From NCBI GenBank assembly GCA_048885865.1, contig JBHLLF010000019.1, forward strand, positions 1 to 14,198: a stretch of 14,198 nucleotides of DNA. Direction: 5' to 3'. This DNA is from Candidatus Hermodarchaeota archaeon. GTDB lineage: Archaea > Asgardarchaeota > Thorarchaeia > Thorarchaeales > Thorarchaeaceae. Made by a program: the position numbers and the translations under genes. Under the pieces are notes generated by a model. It saw only the letters and a list, made by a program, of their open reading frames with translations. It was not told the origin of the DNA and did not search any database. How positions within the stretch are numbered: position 1 is the stretch's first letter; the number at the start of each line of letters is the position of its first letter. Positions 8,702 through 14,198 of the stretch are shown in pieces.

Positions 8702-8826
8702 GAGAAAGGATGGAAGGAGTGACAGGCACGCGCCTTTGCAGGGCCGTCCAACCCAGACCATGTCTTTACGACTGGGTCTTTGTTCGCCGCCCATCATGAG
8801 CTCCTTCCTGACTATATCCCGACACT
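8702..8826 (-). repeat. Repeat copy R2: diverged vhuU 3' end + degenerate SECIS + GCAA hairpin + pyrimidine tract
   Basis: Aligns with R3. In the vhuU frame it reads CRDIVRKELMMGGEQ versus CREIVRKELVTGGG*. The SECIS core AUGA is mutated to ACAA (8780-8783). Confidence 0.9.
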
Positions 8827-11160
8827 GCGCCTTCTTCTCAAAATCAGAAATCCAGTAGCAATAGCAACAATAACTACTAGAATTCCTGAGTAGACCAATC
8901 TAATTGATTGAAGTCCTATTGGCTGTGCCATTTGAACTGCTATTTCTAATTCTGATAGCATTCCAAATATCGATTGCAGAGAATCATAGTAATTACTGGG
9001 ATTACTGACATTCACGTAATGTGTGATGCTTTGGTGTAGATCTTCAGCCGCTTCCATTAAGAAACTGTATATTTCAGGATATTCTTCTTGTCGATTACCT
9101 GTTGAAGCAACAACGAAGTCCATTGTGCTGACTGCTTCTTTCCAATATTGTGGAATGAAACCTCTCTGGAGCGTATCAACGTCAAACACTGAGAGATGGT
9201 GACAGCCGTCCTGAGCGTAGCTCATAAGACCATATGGGAACGCCCACAACCAGTGTTCATTCCATGTCCACTCCATTCTACTGGACGGATGATCATAGTT
9301 GCCCCAGGAAAATGCATCATGTGGGTGCCTTAATCCTAGAGCATGACCCGCCTCATGCATGGTGACATGAGTAAAGCCCAAAGTCCTATCCACATATGCT
9401 GAAATGGCTGCATCAAAACTTGGAGCAATAGTTCCGTTATCTTCAAAGACGATGTGGTACTGTCCATGGATACGAATAGGAACTGAAACCGACACATTAC
9501 CTGAGAGAGTTGATAGGCTATCAAGCGTGTTATTCAGAATTTCAGTAAAGGATAGCGATTGTGTATATCTTTGGTAGTTATATTCATCAAGAAAGAAAAC
9601 TTTCAAGGTGCCTTGATTTACTACAACTGACAATTCAGCGTTCATATGAGTGTCCCCGATATTTCCTTCGAGTCCAAGATATTCTAGAAGATCAATGTGC
9701 TTTCCTTGAGGGATTTCACAATCAGTAGCAACCAATTTCATATACCTGAAAGCATGTTCTGGATTCAAGGAAGCTGCCTCCTGTCGTACTATGAGAAAGG
9801 CATGCGCGCCTGCACTATTCGTTATCTCTCCACTTGCGGAAGGATCAAAGTCCCAACCTGCTGGAAGTGCGAATAGAAACTCTCGGATTACTAGTTGCTC
9901 TGGGGTTGTAGCATTGAACAATGAAGTGTATCGGTTAAGCAAATATTGGACAATCCGTTCCCGATCATAGGTATGAGCTTCAGAATTGGTGCTGTCTTGG
10001 AGGATTGATGCAAAACCAGAATCGGATTCCCAATCCCATTCAGTGAGAGAATAAGTCCAATCGATTTGAGGATTTACTTGTTTAAACTCAGAAACTATGT
10101 ATTCACAATCGAGACTTGTGCGGAGGTCATAATCCGTGGGATCGAGATCTATAGTAAGTATTTCGAACTTCACTTCTTTAAACTTGGAAATACTCTGATG
10201 ACTGGTTCCATAGAGTGGTAAATAATAGTAGGAAGGCAGAAACTTACATTCCACCGCCTTAGCAATATACTTGACCAAATCTTGGGTGAGTGCTTCTTGG
10301 GGATTAGTTCTATCTTCATATGTCCAAATGGGCGGAACATTTTCCTCAGTCACACTGTTCACAGTAGGTGTCGCGCCTAGGGGAGGACCAGTGTAATAAG
10401 TTGGACCCGCTGAGAGGTCCAGCCACAGCAATCGAGACTGCTTCCCACCTCCAGCGATTTGATAGGTTGATTGCCAAGGCATTGAGATGGAGGTGTACCC
10501 GTTAATCTCAGCATCTATCTCATTCTCTGATGCATTATAGTAATAGGGATGATGGCCGGCTGGGTCGAATGAATAGGTGTCTATGATGATCAAAGTGGGA
10601 GTAGGGTCAGAAATGATGTTCTCGGTGATATAGGCCTCAATAAGACTTGAGGGAGCGTAGTAAGCCCTAGGGTGGTCCAGATTGATAAACCAAGGCGAGC
10701 AATCCTCCCTTGAATTTTCATAAAGATAGGACCGATAGCCTTGGACATGGCTTAGACCAAGATATGATATGTCATAAGACAATGAGAAATTCATATCGTA
10801 GATCAATTGGTCTAATAGGGCATAATGGAGTGTGCTGATTGGCGCATACCATTGTGGGAGAGCACCAACAAGTGAGTCCTCAGAGATTCTTGTTTCATCA
10901 ATACCCAAGAATACTACATTGATATCATAATTCATGTGTTCCGGGAGGACTGGCAAAGTGAAAGATTCCTGAGCTGCATCAAGGTCTCTATATTCTGTTA
11001 GTGCGGTCGAATCCGATGGCTTAATGCTAGTAGGTGAACTACTTTGAGTTTCGGATGCAAGGGCTGCAAATCCGTTCGTAAGCAGAAGAACAATGACAAC
11101 TGTGGCTAAGATGATCTTGCTCGAATCTTGAGCTTCTAGGTTTGGAAATCCCATAGACAT
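8812..11160 (-). CDS. Large secreted, C-terminally anchored zinc metalloprotease (metzincin-like)
   Basis: HEAGHALGLRH (HExxHxxGxxH) followed by a GLMSY Met-turn. Signal-like KIILATVVIVLLLTNGFAALA and a C-terminal TM plus RRRR. Start uncertain (11232, 11160 or 11154). Confidence 0.8.
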   Translation of the reverse strand: MSMGFPNLEAQDSSKIILATVVIVLLLTNGFAALASETQSSSPTSIKPSDSTALTEYRDLDAAQESFTLPVLPEHMNYDINVVFLGIDETRISEDSLVGALPQWYAPISTLHYALLDQLIYDMNFSLSYDISYLGLSHVQGYRSYLYENSREDCSPWFINLDHPRAYYAPSSLIEAYITENIISDPTPTLIIIDTYSFDPAGHHPYYYNASENEIDAEINGYTSISMPWQSTYQIAGGGKQSRLLWLDLSAGPTYYTGPPLGATPTVNSVTEENVPPIWTYEDRTNPQEALTQDLVKYIAKAVECKFLPSYYYLPLYGTSHQSISKFKEVKFEILTIDLDPTDYDLRTSLDCEYIVSEFKQVNPQIDWTYSLTEWDWESDSGFASILQDSTNSEAHTYDRERIVQYLLNRYTSLFNATTPEQLVIREFLFALPAGWDFDPSASGEITNSAGAHAFLIVRQEAASLNPEHAFRYMKLVATDCEIPQGKHIDLLEYLGLEGNIGDTHMNAELSVVVNQGTLKVFFLDEYNYQRYTQSLSFTEILNNTLDSLSTLSGNVSVSVPIRIHGQYHIVFEDNGTIAPSFDAAISAYVDRTLGFTHVTMHEAGHALGLRHPHDAFSWGNYDHPSSRMEWTWNEHWLWAFPYGLMSYAQDGCHHLSVFDVDTLQRGFIPQYWKEAVSTMDFVVASTGNRQEEYPEIYSFLMEAAEDLHQSITHYVNVSNPSNYYDSLQSIFGMLSELEIAVQMAQPIGLQSIRLVYSGILVVIVAIATGFLILRRRRSVGI

Positions 11161-11286
11161 GATAATCACGTGAACTATGGAATACCTGAATATCAGAACT
11201 CGTGAACTCCCTAGTTGGTTTTTCATATTCATGCTTGATTAAATTCCCGAAAAACCAACCACACCCTTTGCTTTTGTGCAAATTCA

Positions 11287-11427
11287 AATAGAAAGAAAGG
11301 ATAGAAGGAGCAAGACTGGCGCACCCTTGCGGGGCTGTCCAACCCAGTCCAAGTCTTTGCGACCGGGTCTTCATCCGCCGCCAGTCACGAGCTCCTTCCT
11401 GACTATCTCGCGACACTCCCCGTCATC
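11287..11427 (-). repeat. Repeat copy R3 (resident): vhuU 3' end + SECIS + GCAA hairpin + terminator tract
   Basis: Native copy overlapping vhuU. Outer stem GAAGGAGC..GACUGGCG / CGCCAGUC..GCUCCUUC, then CCUUUCUUUCUAUUU. Confidence 0.93.
11337..11374 (-). promoter_or_regulatory. Eukaryote-like (Asgard-type) SECIS element of vhuU
   Basis: Minus strand: AUGAA-GACCCGGUC-GC-AAA-GACUUG-GACUGGGUU-GGAC. It has a UGAN/NGAN kink-turn quartet, a 9-bp stem and apical AAA, and lies 92 nt downstream of the in-frame UGA. Confidence 0.85.
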
Positions 11428-11535
11428 GTCTTCCTCGACCACGACGAAATGAGCGCCGCATGATAGTCAGCAGTCGTAGCACCGCACAACCATCTCAACG
11501 AGGTTGAGCAGTCCTTCCGGTATTTCTTCAGTCAT
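11371..11535 (-). CDS. vhuU: Selenocysteine-containing hydrogenase peptide VhuU (split C-terminus of the large subunit), 54 aa
   Basis: Manual translation gives MTEEIPEGLLNLVEMVVRCYDC-U(TGA 11469-11467)-LSCGAHFVVVEEDDDGECREIVRKELVTGGG*. It carries the DxUxxCxxH L2 motif missing from vhuA, has a GGTGTG RBS and starts 11 nt after the vhuA stop. Confidence 0.93.
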
Positions 11536-11546
11536 GTTTCACACCA

Positions 11547-12863
11547 TTATCTCTTCACCATAGGCTCTGGGAGCTTCAAGCTCTCGTGAGCCTTGTCTTC
11601 GAAAATCTGTTTAGCTGCGACCATGAGAGACTTCTCTATGCCCGCAATGTTGTTGTTAGTGGCGACGACGAGGTTCGCCTTGGTGAGGATCCCCTCGTCG
11701 TCTGAGATGTAGTTATGCATGAGAATGCCTCGAGGCGCCTCCACAATACCTACTCCATCACCCGCTTTAGGTTCCACATTGGAGAGTTTTACATCTGTGC
11801 TGACAATGTCGGGATCTTTGAGCAAAGTGGCAATCCATTCGAATGCCTGTACTAACTCCACAATCCTTGCATAGTGATATGCAAAGGTATGGTGTGAAGG
11901 TCTACCTACCAGCTCTCTCATTTCCTTAAGCGCCGCGTCTGCCAGAGGAGTTGCCATCCTTTCATTGACATTGCATCGGGCGAGGGTGTTTGCACGCCAG
12001 ATGCCGCCGGGGTATCCTGCTGGCTTATAGTACATGTGAGTTGCATAGCTGTGTTTCGCTACATGTTCACCATAGTACTTTGTGTAGTCCTTTGGCTCGA
12101 AATCTGCAACTATTTTGCCGCCTGGCTCTTGCACTCGTACAGTACCATCATAAATATCAAGTTCTCCTTTGTTTGAGAGACCTATGTAATAGGTTGGTAC
12201 TACAGCGACCTTTGTGATCACATCCAGATAGTCTGTTACCACCTTCTTTGCAAGGTCGACTGTATTTAGTGTAAGTTGCTGAATCTCTTCGAGTCGTCCA
12301 ATGAAGAAGTCTCGGTCTTCCTCCGCCATTGATGTTAACATTCCACCGGGAATTCCGGTAGTCGGATGGACAGCTTTTGCACCGATGGCTCTGATTAGCT
12401 CTTGACCGAACTCCATCATTTTGATTGCTTGAACAGCTACGTCAGGTAGGTCTCTCAACACGGCCGCTACATTTCTATCCGCGGGGTTTGCAAACGGCCC
12501 ATATACAAAGTCAGGAGCGGCAAGTGCATAGAAATGGATTGCGTGCGACGAGAACTGCTTTGCCTCTATCATCAACCTACGTAGTTTGATTGCAGCAGGC
12601 GGAGGCGTAATATCCCATGCCGCCTCAACAGCCTTGATTGATGCAAGATGATGAGGAATCGGGCAGATGCCGCAAATTCTGGGAGCAATCCGTGGAGCCT
12701 CCTCCATGGGGCGTCCCTCTAGGAATTTCTCAAAGAACCTCGTGCTATTCACGTTGAATTGCACATCTTTGACCTTGCCATCCTTGCCTAGTTTGAGTGT
12801 CAATGAGCCGTGACCTTCGAGTCGAGTCACTGGATCAATTCGAATGGTCTTTTCTTCTGTCAT
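11547..12863 (-). CDS. vhuA: F420-non-reducing [NiFe(Se)] hydrogenase large subunit (group 3c), lacking the C-terminal L2 motif
   Basis: IDPVTRLEGH, RFFEKFLEGR, RICGICPIPH (L1) and VEAPRGILMH are present. It ends ...PMVKR with no DPCxxC. Confidence 0.93.
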   Translation of the reverse strand: MTEEKTIRIDPVTRLEGHGSLTLKLGKDGKVKDVQFNVNSTRFFEKFLEGRPMEEAPRIAPRICGICPIPHHLASIKAVEAAWDITPPPAAIKLRRLMIEAKQFSSHAIHFYALAAPDFVYGPFANPADRNVAAVLRDLPDVAVQAIKMMEFGQELIRAIGAKAVHPTTGIPGGMLTSMAEEDRDFFIGRLEEIQQLTLNTVDLAKKVVTDYLDVITKVAVVPTYYIGLSNKGELDIYDGTVRVQEPGGKIVADFEPKDYTKYYGEHVAKHSYATHMYYKPAGYPGGIWRANTLARCNVNERMATPLADAALKEMRELVGRPSHHTFAYHYARIVELVQAFEWIATLLKDPDIVSTDVKLSNVEPKAGDGVGIVEAPRGILMHNYISDDEGILTKANLVVATNNNIAGIEKSLMVAAKQIFEDKAHESLKLPEPMVKR

Positions 12864-13783
12864 TTTGTCTTCGCCTCCTCGCGCTTGATTCTCATTCTTC
12901 CAAGGTGACTAGTAGCATAGTCGAACCTCCAGAAAGTTCCCAAGGGGTCTTTCACTTGTTCCGCCAACTTCTCGGGCTCAATTGGTGCATATGATCCTAG
13001 CATCGAGATTGATGCTGCGCCATGATCCTGCGTGACTGGGGGCGGTGGACCAAAGCATCCCCGACAAGTGGCACCCTTATTCACACACTGACCCTCACAC
13101 AGACCCCAGGTTGAAGAGCCTACGCAAATGTAGCCTTGTTCCAGTAGGCATCTGTCTGGGTCAGCAATCCCTTGATATGGTCGCAGAATCTCATCGATAG
13201 GAGTGTCCTTCTTCTCTCGATTGCAATAGTGGCATACAGTATGTGGAGGAAGATCTATGGGTTTGCCTGAGAGAAGTGCACTCACTGCTGTGTAGATAAG
13301 GTCAGGAGTGGGCGGACAGCCGGGGAGAAAGATGTCGATGTCTACAAAATCAGAGTTTGGCCTCACCACAGGGGCTATTCCAGGCAAGTTCTCATGGGGC
13401 ACCTCCCCATCCTTCACGGTCTTATTGTTCCTGAATTTGACATCATAGCACTCCTCGATATCAGAGAAATTAGCCAGACCTGGTATCCCACCAAAGCATG
13501 AGCATGAACCGAAGGCTATCAGTATCTGACATTTCTCGCGCATAACCTTCAGCAAATGAATATCCTCCTCAGTTCGTGCCATTCCCTCGTAGAGCCCAAC
13601 AACAATCGATTTGTCCTCATAGCTCTCAAGATGATGGAGCTTGAAGTCAGCCACTGCTTGCCAATACTTAATCTCAATTGCTGGAAGGACCTCCGCTAGT
13701 CGAAGGTGGATATCCACTAGACTCTGAAAGCATCCCCAACAACTCGAACCTTGGCCCATTGCGATTGGAACTGGATCTGCCAT
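12860..13783 (-). CDS. vhuG: F420-non-reducing hydrogenase small (Fe-S) subunit
   Basis: SCWGC, FGSCSCFGGIPGLAN, LPGCPP, TVCHYC, RCLLEQGYICVG...C...C...CRGCFG. ATGA overlap with vhuA. Confidence 0.92.
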   Translation of the reverse strand: MADPVPIAMGQGSSCWGCFQSLVDIHLRLAEVLPAIEIKYWQAVADFKLHHLESYEDKSIVVGLYEGMARTEEDIHLLKVMREKCQILIAFGSCSCFGGIPGLANFSDIEECYDVKFRNNKTVKDGEVPHENLPGIAPVVRPNSDFVDIDIFLPGCPPTPDLIYTAVSALLSGKPIDLPPHTVCHYCNREKKDTPIDEILRPYQGIADPDRCLLEQGYICVGSSTWGLCEGQCVNKGATCRGCFGPPPPVTQDHGAASISMLGSYAPIEPEKLAEQVKDPLGTFWRFDYATSHLGRMRIKREEAKTK

Positions 13784-13785
13784 CT

Positions 13786-14019
13786 CTAGACCTCCCTTAG
13801 TTGGAAGACGAGTTCATGATGCTCCTCTCCAGCGATCTCAACATCGCCCCATCGAAGTAGACCAAGGAGGTTCCACATGAGCACCTTCTTGTCCATCTCT
13901 GTCTTCTCGCTGATTGTGCTGACAGTTGCTGGGCCATCCTTGAGCAATTCAAGGATGGATTTCCTCTGCCGTGTTACATCAGCATAGTTCTGGTCAAAGT
14001 ACATCGTAAACTCTGTCAT
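13786..14019 (-). CDS. Small winged-helix protein (77 aa) within the hydrogenase operon
   Basis: RKSILELLKDGPATVSTISEKTEMDKKVLMWNLLGLLRWGDVE resembles a wHTH. The start at ATG 14019 overlaps the vhuD TGA (ATGA) and has a GGAGGT RBS. The upstream extension in the ORF track overlaps vhuD. Confidence 0.8.
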   Translation of the reverse strand: MTEFTMYFDQNYADVTRQRKSILELLKDGPATVSTISEKTEMDKKVLMWNLLGLLRWGDVEIAGEEHHELVFQLREV

Positions 14020-14198
14020 ACCCATGACCTCCCTATTGGGCCAACTTCTTTCACTTCTTCTATTAGCTTCGTCACTCCGTCTGCGAAGATCTGCGCCTCT
14101 GATGCACTCGCCCATTGAAGACGAATTCGCCTCGGGTCAATGCCAGCCTGCTTCACGGCTTCTGCCATAATCGCCCATCTCGCCCGGAGTTTGAGGTT
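14016..14198 (-). CDS. vhuD: Hydrogenase iron-sulfur subunit D (MvhD/VhuD), 3' part only
   Basis: Manual translation gives ...NLKLRARWAIMAEAVKQAGIDPRRIRLQWASASEAQIFADGVTKLIEEVKEVGPIGRSWV*, the characteristic MvhD C-terminus. The 5' end is outside the window. Confidence 0.88.
   Translation of the reverse strand, partial: NLKLRARWAIMAEAVKQAGIDPRRIRLQWASASEAQIFADGVTKLIEEVKEVGPIGRSWV

Noticed and set aside
11374-11382. C-terminal GGG of VhuU as a ubiquitin/SAMP-like di-glycine
   Set aside because: There is no beta-grasp domain, and the GGCGGCGGA codons are plausibly constrained by RNA structure.
11039-11416. 125-aa minus-strand ORF in the track
   Set aside because: It is an off-frame read through vhuU, the SECIS and the protease start, with no protein-like features.
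7537-11427. Repeats as CRISPR, tRNA fragments or MITEs
   Set aside because: Spacing is kb-scale, there is no cloverleaf, and no target-site duplications are visible. The sequence is explained by the vhuU coding tail plus SECIS.
11467-11469. TGA as a nonsense mutation (pseudogene) or genome-wide recoding
   Set aside because: It sits at the known Sec position with a SECIS downstream, and TGA serves as a normal stop in many other genes here.
160-13000. Other short ORFs in the track (e.g. 160-453, 588-863, 711-977, 1143-1433, 2109-2336, 3815-4081, 5758-6093, 7763-8026, 11990-12217)
   Set aside because: They are antisense or off-frame shadows of well-supported genes.
13990-14019. Possible SECIS at the vhuD stop (AUGAC-AGAGU...ACUUU-GAC)
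   Set aside because: Only about a 5-bp stem, no apical AAA and the wrong spacing. The vhuD Sec/Cys positions are outside the window.
14020-14115. N-terminal extension of the 109-aa ORF
   Set aside because: It overlaps the vhuD frame. ATG 14019 with RBS and ATGA coupling is the better start.

Overview
Archaeal window, most consistent with an Asgard (Thorarchaeota-like) genome. This is inferred from the GGTGA/GGAGG RBSs, a tandem Lrp/AsnC regulator and a eukaryote-type SECIS. The right end holds a minus-strand group 3c (Vhu/Mvh-type) [NiFe(Se)] hydrogenase operon: vhuD (partial), a small wHTH gene, vhuG and vhuA. VhuA lacks its C-terminal Ni-binding motif. That motif is supplied by a small gene missing from the ORF track, vhuU (11371-11535, minus), which has an in-frame TGA at the Ni-ligand position (YDC-U-LSCGAH, selenocysteine). 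Its stop codon is the UGA of a eukaryote-like SECIS core (AUGA...AAA...GA), embedded in a larger three-way RNA structure. The ~130-140 bp unit (vhuU 3' end + SECIS + GCAA hairpin + pyrimidine tract) recurs twice more in direct orientation, at 8702-8826 and 7537-7675. The copies separate single accessory hydrolase genes: a membrane-anchored metzincin-like protease, an AT-rich alpha/beta hydrolase and an atypical S8 protease. This looks like a serial insertion or cassette array anchored at the 3' end/SECIS of a selenoprotein gene, with covarying RNA stems between copies. No integrase is visible in the window. The left part carries a flavodoxin-like protein, an SDR plus FAD oxidoreductase pair, a double Lrp/AsnC regulator, a CPBP (CAAX/Abi) protease and a hypothetical protein.
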